Shown: positions 52,158 to 60,592 of the stretch, in pieces
Numbering within the stretch: position 1 is the stretch's first letter
Layout: each line of letters opens with the position of its first letter
Position numbers and translations under genes: made by a program
DNA from: Candidatus Aegiribacteria sp.
Lineage (GTDB): Bacteria; Fermentibacterota; Fermentibacteria; Fermentibacterales; JCC-6
Direction of reading: 5' to 3'
Length of the DNA stretch: 64,000 nucleotides
NCBI GenBank assembly: GCA_046498225.1
Contig: JAWOBF010000061.1
Location: forward strand, 3,709-67,708
The notes under the pieces: generated by a model
What the model saw: the letters and a program-made list of their open reading frames with translations, nothing else
Database searches by the model: none
What the model was told of the DNA's origin: nothing

Positions 52158-53161
52158 TCCAGCAGCTCCATGGCTTCCCCCACAAGGTCCAGCGGGAGTA
52201 TTCCTCTCCTGCACGCCTGGTCCCCCCGGGCGCATTCTCTTCCCCCGTGTCTGTGGCAGGGTCTGCACGCCAGCCGGCCGGCCATGAAGTTCCCCTTCCT
52301 GTCCTGCCGCCAGAATCCCAGGGCAGGGGAAGTGGACGTGAAGACCACCAGCACCGGGACACCCATGGCCGCCGCCAGATGAGCGGGGCCGGAATCCGGC
52401 GATACAAGAAGGCTCAGGCCCTCCACGGCCTTTATCAGTCCCCTCACTCCCTCCTCTCCCGCGTAGGTATCCACTCCAGGTCGAAGTACTTCCGAAGCCG
52501 CCGCAGAAACCTCGCGGGAATCCCCGGGGCCCCCTGTTATGAGGACATCGGCCCCGTGAAGGTCATGAAAGAGTCTGGCGGCCTCGGTAACCACCCCGCG
52601 GGGAATGGATTTAAGCGGCCACCTTCCCCCGGCCACGATGCCCACCGTCAGACGGTCCGGTTCCCCGCTCCTTCTCTCCAGCTCCGGTTCACCTGATCCC
52701 CCGAACCCGGCGGCGGCGAGAAAGTCATCCGTCCGCAGGGGCATGGGTTCCCTGCTTCCACGCAGAATCCTGCTTCTGCTTTTCCTGTCCATCCTGAACC
52801 TGCCGGTCACGTTCATTCCCAGGGTGGCCAGCCTGGTGGTAAGGCTGTTCTGCAGGTCCACCACACTGGAAGGGCCTATCCGCGCCAGCAGCCTTCTCAG
52901 ACCCGGGAAGCCCTCTTCCCCCGGTACGGCGGGTATGATGTTTCCGTACATCCGCTCCACTATCGGCCGGTACTCATTCGAGGTCACGAAATGGACCGGA
53001 CCGGCTCCGGTGAGCCCGGCTGCCGCCGGCTGGGCCAGGATAACGTCACCCATGGAGTGAAGGCGGATTACGGCGGTACTACTGCCCGGCGAACTGGAGA
53101 TCGTAGAGTTTCCTGTATTTTCCATTCTTTTCCAGCAGCTGGGAATGGGTTCCCCTTTCAA
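52154..53161 (-). CDS. glycosyltransferase family 9 (LPS heptosyltransferase-like)
   Basis: VIRLHSMGDVILAQPA and PDSGPAHLAAAMGVPVLVVF. The start is uncertain: 53161 or the ATG at 53125. Either one overlaps the end of the ABC gene. Confidence 0.8.
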   Translation of the reverse strand: MKGEPIPSCWKRMENTGNSTISSSPGSSTAVIRLHSMGDVILAQPAAAGLTGAGPVHFVTSNEYRPIVERMYGNIIPAVPGEEGFPGLRRLLARIGPSSVVDLQNSLTTRLATLGMNVTGRFRMDRKSRSRILRGSREPMPLRTDDFLAAAGFGGSGEPELERRSGEPDRLTVGIVAGGRWPLKSIPRGVVTEAARLFHDLHGADVLITGGPGDSREVSAAASEVLRPGVDTYAGEEGVRGLIKAVEGLSLLVSPDSGPAHLAAAMGVPVLVVFTSTSPALGFWRQDRKGNFMAGRLACRPCHRHGGRECARGDQACRRGILPLDLVGEAMELLE

Positions 53162-54989
53162 ATATGCGTCCGTCCTCCACGTAGAGCACTTTTGTGGCCT
53201 TGGTGATAGTGCTCAGCCTGTGGGCTATGACCAGGGAGGTCCTTCCCTCCATCAGGCCGTCTATGGCCTTCTGGACCATCCTCTCCGAATGGGTGTCCAG
53301 GGCGGAGGTGGCCTCGTCGAATATGAGGATGTCAGGGTCCTTCAGCACCGCCCTGGCTATTGCTATCCTCTGCTTCTGCCCCCCCGAGAGCCTGGTTCCC
53401 CTCTCCCCTATCACCGTATCGAAGCCCAGTGGAAGCTCCCTGATGAACTCCATCGCGTTGGCCACCCTGGACGCCAGTTCGACCTTCTGCATGGGAATGT
53501 CCTGTTCACCGTACGCGATGTTGTTCCTTATGGTGTCGTTGAAGAGCACGGTCTCCTGGGTGACCACTCCCAGGCTCCTGCGCAGAGCTTCCAGGTCGAT
53601 GCTCCTCAGGTCGAAGCCGTCTATGGTTATCCTTCCGGAGTCCGGGTCGTAGAACCTTGGTATAAGGTCGGCTATGGTGCTCTTACCCCCTCCGCTGGGA
53701 CCTACCAGGGCCACTATCTCCCCCCTTTTCATGGAGAAGGAGATATCCTTGAGGACCGGCTCATCGCCGCCGTAGCTGAAGCAGACATCCAGGAAATCGA
53801 TGCTTTCCCGGAAGGAATCGAAGGGAACCGGGTGGGCGGACTGAATTACCGACGGTTTCCTGTCCATCAGTTTGAAGACCCTTTCCGCAGAAGCGAGCCC
53901 GCTCTGTATCCTGCTGTTGGCCTTGCTTATGGTCTTTATCGGGCTCATCATGGACAGTGCTGCGGCCAGGAACACAAGGAAGCGTCCGGTAGTCAGGTCG
54001 CCGCCCGAAAGTATCGCCTTTCCGCCGTACCACATTATGAAGCCGCTGGCGATGGCCCCCATGGTCTCCGTCACCGGGCTGGCTAACGCCCTCTCCCTCT
54101 GCAGCGATGTCTCCGTCTTCCTGTGCACGTCCAGCATTCCCGCGAACCTGCGGGACTCGAACCGCTCCATGGAAAAGGCCTTGACTATGCGTATGCCGAA
54201 GATGGTCTCCTGCAGAATGGCCGAGAAATCCGCCAGCCTCTCCTGGGAGGTATGGGTCTTCTTCCGAAGCCTCCTGCTCAGGACCAGGATGAACAGCATG
54301 GCCGGCGGGAAGACCAGCAGCGTTATCAGCGCCAGCCTCCATGAAGCCCACAGGGCCAGCCCCAGATAAACCAGGAGAAGCACCACCTGCCTGGGAACGC
54401 TCATCAGCATCTCCGTCATGGCCCAGTTCATGTTGCCCACGTCGGAGGTGAACCTGGCCATAACGTCGCCGGCCCTGGCGGACGTATAGAATCCCATGTC
54501 CAGCTCCAGCAGATGGTCGTAGAGTTTTGCGCGAATGTCGGTCACCACGCCCTGCTCCGCCCTGGATAGGAAGAACACCTGCATGAAGCCCAGCAGGTTC
54601 TTCAGGATAACTATGATAAGCAGCCCGACTATTATCACCGCGAGCACCTGCGCCGGGTCCGCCTGGCGGAAGGTAGTCCTCAGTCCCTCCACCAGGTCCC
54701 CCCCCGCGGAGAATGTCTCCCCCGGATCCAGTGACTCTACTCCGGAGCCCATCCTGGAGAGGGCGTTCCCGGTATTTTCCCTCAGCACCGGAAGGAGTTC
54801 TCCCCCCTCCCTGGGCAGGTCTTCCCTGGTGAGCACGTCATCGAAGAGGGGGAGTATCATTCCCAGGGAGGCCCCGCTGAACAGGGCGAAGAACAGCATG
54901 CACAGCATGGCCCCGGTCATCCACCTCCAGTATGGCCTGACAAAAGAGAGTATTCTGAGGACGGTACTTTTCTTTTTCATGGTAGACAC
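53079..54989 (-). CDS. msbA: ABC transporter, fused permease/ATPase, MsbA-like lipid exporter
   Basis: Six N-terminal TM helices. Walker A GPSGGGKST, signature LSGGQKQRIAIARA, and Walker B ILIFDEATSALD. It sits adjacent to a GT9 gene. Confidence 0.85.
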   Translation of the reverse strand: MSTMKKKSTVLRILSFVRPYWRWMTGAMLCMLFFALFSGASLGMILPLFDDVLTREDLPREGGELLPVLRENTGNALSRMGSGVESLDPGETFSAGGDLVEGLRTTFRQADPAQVLAVIIVGLLIIVILKNLLGFMQVFFLSRAEQGVVTDIRAKLYDHLLELDMGFYTSARAGDVMARFTSDVGNMNWAMTEMLMSVPRQVVLLLVYLGLALWASWRLALITLLVFPPAMLFILVLSRRLRKKTHTSQERLADFSAILQETIFGIRIVKAFSMERFESRRFAGMLDVHRKTETSLQRERALASPVTETMGAIASGFIMWYGGKAILSGGDLTTGRFLVFLAAALSMMSPIKTISKANSRIQSGLASAERVFKLMDRKPSVIQSAHPVPFDSFRESIDFLDVCFSYGGDEPVLKDISFSMKRGEIVALVGPSGGGKSTIADLIPRFYDPDSGRITIDGFDLRSIDLEALRRSLGVVTQETVLFNDTIRNNIAYGEQDIPMQKVELASRVANAMEFIRELPLGFDTVIGERGTRLSGGQKQRIAIARAVLKDPDILIFDEATSALDTHSERMVQKAIDGLMEGRTSLVIAHRLSTITKATKVLYVEDGRIFERGTHSQLLEKNGKYRKLYDLQFAGQ

Positions 54990-55103
54990 TATCTTTGCTA
55001 TAAATGTCGTTCAGGTCAAGTAATTCCGGACTGGAACCAAATTGACCCTTTCGGGTATATTACCTGTAAAGAGTGCGACACCAGGCTTGAAGGGTGTGAT
55101 GCT

Positions 55104-55697
55104 TTGAACGGAAGAATCATTACGGCAAAAAGGACCAGGAAGGATCCGAGGTCCGATTCGCAGCTGATGATAGACCTCTGCAACGGCGATGAAGATGCCT
55201 TCTCAGAGGTGATAAGACGTTTCCAGGCACCGATATATTCCCTCCTTATCAGAATGCTGGGAAACGAGGAGGACGCCCAGGAAATGCTCCAGCTCACCTT
55301 CTGCAGGGTCTACAGGTACCGGGAGAAGTTCGACCCCGACCGGAAGCTGGTGAACTGGATATTCACCATAGCCAGCAACCTGGCGAAGAAGGAGTGGCGC
55401 AGAAGGTCACGCTGGATAAGCGTTCCCCTGGAACACGCCAACCTGACCAGCCCCGGCAAGACGGCGCCCCATTACAGCGCAGGACGGGTGGAGCTGCGCG
55501 CCTCCATCGAAGAGGCGGTGGACAGGCTCCCACCTCATTACCGGGAACCCTTCATACTCAGGGAACAGGAACAGATGTCCTACGAGGACATAGCCGAAGT
55601 GCTGAACATCCGCCTGGGAACCGTAAAATCCAGGATAAACAGGGCCCGGAGCCGCCTGAGGGAACTGCTGGGCGACGTATGGGAAGAATGGAAATGA
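55104..55697 (+). CDS. ECF-type RNA polymerase sigma factor
   Basis: Region 2 (DAFSEVIRRFQAPIYSLLIRMLGNEEDAQEMLQLTFCRVYR...WIFTIASNLA) and region 4 (MSYEDIAEVLNIRLGTVKSRINRAR). TTG start. Confidence 0.88.
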   Translation: MNGRIITAKRTRKDPRSDSQLMIDLCNGDEDAFSEVIRRFQAPIYSLLIRMLGNEEDAQEMLQLTFCRVYRYREKFDPDRKLVNWIFTIASNLAKKEWRRRSRWISVPLEHANLTSPGKTAPHYSAGRVELRASIEEAVDRLPPHYREPFILREQEQMSYEDIAEVLNIRLGTVKSRINRARSRLRELLGDVWEEWK

Positions 55698-56164
55698 ACT
55701 GCTCCAGAGCACAGAGACTCATCAGCCTCGTTATAGACGGTCAGGCCACCCGGCAGCAGAAGAGACTGCTGGATTTCCACCTCATGGGCTGTTCCAGTTG
55801 CAGAAGGGCCATGGAGATGTCCAGGGACATATCCAGAGTGGCCCGGACGCTTCAGTCACCCCCTCCTCCGGAAGACCTGGAGAAGAGGGTGCGGCGAATG
55901 CTCGATTCCGGCGCAGACCGCGTGCATTACCTTCACCGGAGGCGCAGCGCCTTCCTCACCATCCCCGCGGCAGCCGCCATTCTCATTCTTGCCATAGCGC
56001 TTCTTCCGCTGTCATCCCCGGAGGAACCGCTGCGCAATTCATCCAGTCCCGCCCTGGCCGTGCATGACAGCAAGGGTATCGAGACCCGTGTTCCATCCAA
56101 GTCCGGCGTCAGGACAGTCCCGCTTTCCGCATACTCAAGGCAGGCAAGCCTCATCTCCTTCTGA
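55688..56164 (+). CDS. anti-sigma factor (zf-HC2 type), single-pass membrane protein
   Basis: MEMNCSRAQRLISLVIDGQATRQQKRLLDFHLMGCSSCRRAM has the H-x3-C-x2-C pattern. TM helix AFLTIPAAAAILILAIALLPL. It overlaps the sigma stop, with an ATGA at 55694. Confidence 0.75.
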   Translation: MEMNCSRAQRLISLVIDGQATRQQKRLLDFHLMGCSSCRRAMEMSRDISRVARTLQSPPPPEDLEKRVRRMLDSGADRVHYLHRRRSAFLTIPAAAAILILAIALLPLSSPEEPLRNSSSPALAVHDSKGIETRVPSKSGVRTVPLSAYSRQASLISF

Positions 56165-56170
56165 GGCATA

Positions 56171-57040
56171 ATGATCAATCTTCTGCTGATAATCCTGGTA
56201 TCGGCGGTTCAGAGTTCCTTCATGGACGACGTTCATACGGTGAGGGTGGCCGACTCTCCCGGAAGCATAGAACTCTGCACTTCGGTTGCCATATCCTCCA
56301 GGCATGCCGCGGTGCTCTCCCTCTTCTCCATCGGTGACAGCGTATCGGTGGAAACTCCGTCCGGATTCCACTACCCCGATTCTATCATAGCTTCTCCGGA
56401 CCTGGGAATGATGATCATGTGCTTTGACGAAGGTATCTTCGACAGCTACCAGGAGCCATCCACCGCAGTTCCCTCCATAGGCGACGAGGTGACCATAGTA
56501 GGACAGGGCCTCAACGGCCTGATAGAGGTGCGCGGCCATGCCCGGGAGAGGTATCCCGACGGTTCTTTCCTCGTATCGGCCGGCCTGAGGGACGGTCTGA
56601 TGGGGGCCGCCGTCTTCAGCGACGGCGGCGACTTCCTGGGAATGATAACCGGCATAATCAGTACATCCCGACAGTTTCCGAGCAACGCCGGCCGCGAGTA
56701 TCTCGTACTCTATCCCAGTCAGATATGGTACATGTGGGCCATGATGGCTGTCATGGAGAAAGGCCCCTCATCACAGCACTCCTTCGGTGTCACAGCCCTG
56801 TCCAGCATATCCCTGACAGACACCCGCCCTTCCGGAATACACCTGGTATCGGTTCATCCGGGCAGCATGGCCTGGGAATGCGGCCTTCGGCCGGGGGACC
56901 TGATCACGCACATAGACAGCACACCGGTATACCACCCCGAGACCCTCAGGGGCCTGCTTATACTTTCGGAGGACACCCTCGCTGCCAGGGTCATGAGGGA
57001 GAACTATCAGCGGGAGATATTCATACCTCCCTTCCAGTAG
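56171..57040 (+). CDS. HtrA/trypsin-like fold protein with a C-terminal PDZ domain and the catalytic Ser apparently replaced (pseudo-protease)
   Basis: Layout SRHAAV ... DLGMMIMCF ... VGDEVTIVGQG ... GLRDGLMGAAVF parallels HtrA TNAHVV ... DLAVLKI ... GNSGGPL, with Met where Ser is expected. PDZ-like region HLVSVHPGSMAWECGLRPGDLITHIDSTPV. Confidence 0.55.
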   Translation: MINLLLIILVSAVQSSFMDDVHTVRVADSPGSIELCTSVAISSRHAAVLSLFSIGDSVSVETPSGFHYPDSIIASPDLGMMIMCFDEGIFDSYQEPSTAVPSIGDEVTIVGQGLNGLIEVRGHARERYPDGSFLVSAGLRDGLMGAAVFSDGGDFLGMITGIISTSRQFPSNAGREYLVLYPSQIWYMWAMMAVMEKGPSSQHSFGVTALSSISLTDTRPSGIHLVSVHPGSMAWECGLRPGDLITHIDSTPVYHPETLRGLLILSEDTLAARVMRENYQREIFIPPFQ

Positions 57041-57145
57041 CCGCGGCTGACCTGACGATTATGCCTGCCCTCCGCTAACTTGGAACTGGCCCTTTGACCG
57101 ATGACCGCCGGGACTGCTCCGGCCATTGCCGGCAGGAACTTCTGC

Positions 57146-57175
57146 TTGACTTGGTTTGTTGAACTTTTGTATCAT
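57146..57175 (+). promoter_or_regulatory. candidate sigma-70 promoter (TTGACT-N18-TATCAT) for the downstream sulfatase-fold gene
   Basis: The hexamers were read directly in the 200-nt intergenic region. A GGGAG Shine-Dalgarno lies 7 nt before the ATG at 57241. Consensus matching only. Confidence 0.3.
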
Positions 57176-57240
57176 CTCCGGGCTATATATCTCTTGTCAG
57201 CCAGACATGCCATATCATCCTGCAAACTGGGAGTTGGATC

Positions 57241-58599
57241 ATGAAATACGTGTTGAATGCAGCCGCATTGCTCATACTGGTGTTCTCGCTATTCACATCC
57301 TGCGCCAATATCGATGAGGATGCAGCGGGACCTCCCGAAAATCCCAGACAGAACATAGTGCTGATAATCATCGATACCCTCAGAGCCGATCACCTTTCGT
57401 CCTACGGATATTCCAGGAATACCTCGCCTGCGCTGGACAGCCTTGCCGGCAGCGGAACCATGTGGACAAACGCCCAGGCACAGGCGCCATGGACCCTTCC
57501 ATCACATGCCACCATCTGGACCGGACTCTCAGTGAGGTCCCACAGAACCCTCAATCCAATTGCGGTGAGCGATGACAGCGACGAAGTGGTCAAGCTCATC
57601 TACAAGCTGGATACTGATCTTCCGTCATTGCCGGTTCTGCTGAACGATGCCGGTTTTTCGACCCGAGGCCTGGCGAATTTCACCATACTCAGCGACCTTT
57701 ACGGATTTGACCAGGGATTTGACCAGTACTCGTGTCATATCAACGGGGAAGGCAGGGCCGGTGTAAGCGTGGACTCGCTGATCATCTGGCTGGAAGACCA
57801 TCACCGGGAGAGGTTCTTCTGCATGCTGCACCTCTACGATGTGCATTCCCCCTACGCTCCGCCGGCGCCCTACAACACCGCTTTTCAGGACGACCCGGAC
57901 GCCCGGTTCTTCGACTGGGAACTGGAAGGGGACAGCATACTCAACCGGGACGGGCTGCCCCTGGCCATCGATCTCTACGATGGAGAGATAAGGTGGGTGG
58001 ACGACAGTTTGAGCAGGCTTTTCGCCTGGCTCAGGCGTAAAGGGCTGGAGGACGAGACTCTGGTAGTGGTAGTGTCCGACCACGGCGAGGAATTCCTGGA
58101 GCACGGATGGGTGCTTCACGGGAACACCCTCTATCAGGAAGCGCTTCATGTTCCCCTGATCATGTCCGGACCCGGGATCGAACCCGGAGGGGTGGATTCC
58201 ACATGGGTCGGACTGTTCGACATCCTGCCCACTCTGATCGCCTGGGCGGGAATTGAGTCCGATGCACAGTTCGATGGCACTGATATTCTAGGTTCCCCCG
58301 ATCCGGACAGAACAATTCCCTCCAGCGGGCCATCGCCTCTTCCCTGGCAGGAACAGTGGCCCATCGCTTCCGTCGTTTCCGGTTCAGTGAAGACCATCAT
58401 GATGAATGATATGGAGGACTTCGTAACTTATAAGCTGGCCGAAGATCCGGCCGAGCTGAATCCGCTTCCGGGGGATTCATCGGGCATCCAGGACGTGCTC
58501 TACTACTGGGCATCTCCCCAGATCGGTCATCCCGATTTCGCCGAATCGGATTCGAGATCCATTCAGGCCCTGAAGGACCTGGGCTATATCAATGACTGA
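57241..58599 (+). CDS. sulfatase-fold (alkaline-phosphatase superfamily) lipoprotein with Thr at the nucleophile position
   Basis: Lipobox FTSC. Motifs VLIIIDTLRADHLSSYGY, WTLPSHATIWTGL and DHGEEFLEHG. It ends LKDLGYIND, and its paralog at 2640..3971 ends LRDLGYIR. Confidence 0.85.
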   Translation: MKYVLNAAALLILVFSLFTSCANIDEDAAGPPENPRQNIVLIIIDTLRADHLSSYGYSRNTSPALDSLAGSGTMWTNAQAQAPWTLPSHATIWTGLSVRSHRTLNPIAVSDDSDEVVKLIYKLDTDLPSLPVLLNDAGFSTRGLANFTILSDLYGFDQGFDQYSCHINGEGRAGVSVDSLIIWLEDHHRERFFCMLHLYDVHSPYAPPAPYNTAFQDDPDARFFDWELEGDSILNRDGLPLAIDLYDGEIRWVDDSLSRLFAWLRRKGLEDETLVVVVSDHGEEFLEHGWVLHGNTLYQEALHVPLIMSGPGIEPGGVDSTWVGLFDILPTLIAWAGIESDAQFDGTDILGSPDPDRTIPSSGPSPLPWQEQWPIASVVSGSVKTIMMNDMEDFVTYKLAEDPAELNPLPGDSSGIQDVLYYWASPQIGHPDFAESDSRSIQALKDLGYIND

Positions 58600-58800
58600 T
58601 CGTCGGGCATGAGTTCCCGTACACCTCCGGCCGTCCTTCCGGAATACATCCGATAAGCGTTCATCCTTCAACGGTTGTTATCTATTCCGCATCCCGTTAT
58701 CATGAACCCCGGGTAACGGATTGAGCCTATAGAGCAGACAGTTTGAGGGTATGGAATACAGCCATCCGTTTTCTGCTCCGGACTCCGGAACCGGTGGATC

Positions 58801-59622
58801 ATGGGGGTCAGCTTGGGAATGATCGGAAAGAAACAGGTAGGGGTCCTGCTCGGGAGAGATCCGATCTTTGCGGTGAAACTCGCGGCAAGGCTGCTCCTTG
58901 CACCCAAAGTGCTGGTGAACCTGCTTGCCGGCCGCACCGATGATATGCCGGTCCGGTACTATGAGATAGGCAGGGACCTGCTCCTCAAATACAACAGGAT
59001 AAGGTTCGAAAAGGAATACTCCGATACCGCTGCCATCGATTTCGGAACTCTGAAGGATATGCTCGGGAAGGACCATGGCCCGCACTACCGGCAGAGGTCG
59101 GTGGTGAAGTGGAACAGTTTCCTCTATACGGTTTGCAGGTTACTGAAGCCGAAGACCGTTGTTGAGACCGGTGTCTACTGGGGACTCTCGTCAACCAGCA
59201 TTCTGGAGGCACTCGGACAGGTCGGACCCGGAAGGCTCCACTCCATCGATCTGACTCCCGAAAGGCTCCGTTCGCGGGGTCTGGCATCCGGCGTGATAGT
59301 CCCCGAAAGGCTTCGGGAAGGATGGGATCTCCGACTAGGTAAATCGAGGACGCTGCTGCCGGAACTGCTCACCTCGCTGGGCACCGTCGACATATTCATA
59401 CATGACAGTGAGCATACCTATGATAACATGATGTTCGAATACAGCACCGCCTGGCCTCATATCAGAAAGGGCGGCCTCCTCGTCTCGCACGATGTCAGCT
59501 CCGACGGCGGACCGTTCCCCGATTTCGCCGAGAGCAGGGGGATAAGGTACCATGTGCGGGACATGATCGGCTTTGCCGTCAAGAACCAGCTTCCGCCCCT
59601 CTCTCCGTCCGAACCTACCTGA
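58801..59622 (+). CDS. class I SAM-dependent methyltransferase (Methyltransf_24/CmcI-like)
   Basis: TVVETGVYWGLSSTSILEAL (SAM-binding Gly-rich loop) and VDIFIHDSEHTYDNMMFEY...GGLLVSHDV. The ~90-aa N-terminal region is unassigned and the start is uncertain. Confidence 0.65.
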   Translation: MGVSLGMIGKKQVGVLLGRDPIFAVKLAARLLLAPKVLVNLLAGRTDDMPVRYYEIGRDLLLKYNRIRFEKEYSDTAAIDFGTLKDMLGKDHGPHYRQRSVVKWNSFLYTVCRLLKPKTVVETGVYWGLSSTSILEALGQVGPGRLHSIDLTPERLRSRGLASGVIVPERLREGWDLRLGKSRTLLPELLTSLGTVDIFIHDSEHTYDNMMFEYSTAWPHIRKGGLLVSHDVSSDGGPFPDFAESRGIRYHVRDMIGFAVKNQLPPLSPSEPT

Positions 59623-60592
59623 CGAGTATGTAGACCTTCCGTTCCTCCTGGGAGCAGAGGACGGCCATGTTCCCTGACCGTGTGATATCAATACTGACGG
59701 GAAGTCCGAAATCCATGGTCCTCAGAAGGGTCTCCCCGTTCTCGGCCACCACCATCAGACCCGAGTTCGCGCAGGAGGCGAAAGCGTGCAGACCGTCCGG
59801 CATCGATGCCGCGGCTGAAGGGGTCTCCGGAAATGTAATCATCTTGTAGAGCTTGCAGTCGATGGTCCTGATGAACCACAGTTCATTGCTGCCCCCGGTT
59901 ATGGCGCACACGTAACCCGAAGGGCCCGGAAACAGGTCAATAACCTCACCGGGGACGGATACCCTTCCCAGTTCCGACCAGCTCCCGGTCTCCCATCCGG
60001 CTATCACTCCCTCGTTCCCCAGGGCGGCAAAGAGGGCTCCGTTGTCACCCGACGCAAGTCCCTGGCAGTTCTCCGCCAGAGGCTCCTTCAGGACGGCAGC
60101 CTCCATGCTGGCCAGGTTCAGCTGGGCCAGGCTGTCATTCTCCAGGGCAACCCAGGCGAGGTCCCCCGCGGGAGAAACGGCCATGAAGCTTCCCGGAGCG
60201 CTCAGTTTAACAGGCGTTCCCAGACCGGGAGCCGCCAGGTCCACCGGGTATACCCCGGGCCCGGCAAGGACGTAACCGTAGCCGTCCACATCGCTGTCCG
60301 CTATGTCGTCAATCTCCACGCCGGTATCAAGAACACCGATGGTCTCACCCGCGTAGAGGTCTATGACCGCCAGGCCGCTTCCGGCGGCCACCAGCGCCAC
60401 TTCACTGTTCGTCATGCACTTGCACAGGACCGGTTGACCCGTGCTCTCCAGCGATACCGTGGCTGCCAGTTCGCTGGGGAAACCCGGTTCCTCAGGCTCC
60501 GAATCGAAGATACAGGCGGATGACAGTAGACAGAGCGCCAGCCCCCCCGCCATCAGAACTTCCCCGGCCATATGCTGAGCGGTTCTATTCAA
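59615..60592 (-). CDS. lipoprotein with beta-propeller-like repeats
   Basis: Lipobox LLSSAC. Short strands of the form G-x-x-A/V-V/L-x-x-D/G recur (LAVIDLYAGE, YVLAGPGVYPVDL, MAVSPAGDLAWVAL, LFAALGNEGVIAGW), which is typical of YVTN/YncE-type propellers. Confidence 0.5.
   Translation of the reverse strand: MNRTAQHMAGEVLMAGGLALCLLSSACIFDSEPEEPGFPSELAATVSLESTGQPVLCKCMTNSEVALVAAGSGLAVIDLYAGETIGVLDTGVEIDDIADSDVDGYGYVLAGPGVYPVDLAAPGLGTPVKLSAPGSFMAVSPAGDLAWVALENDSLAQLNLASMEAAVLKEPLAENCQGLASGDNGALFAALGNEGVIAGWETGSWSELGRVSVPGEVIDLFPGPSGYVCAITGGSNELWFIRTIDCKLYKMITFPETPSAAASMPDGLHAFASCANSGLMVVAENGETLLRTMDFGLPVSIDITRSGNMAVLCSQEERKVYILVR

Noticed and set aside
55033-55060. Possible ECF-type autoregulated promoter (GGAAC ... 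TCGGGTAT) upstream of the ECF sigma gene
   Set aside because: Only the GGAAC -35-like pentamer is convincing. The -10 part does not match any ECF consensus I can name with confidence, and the spacing is ambiguous.
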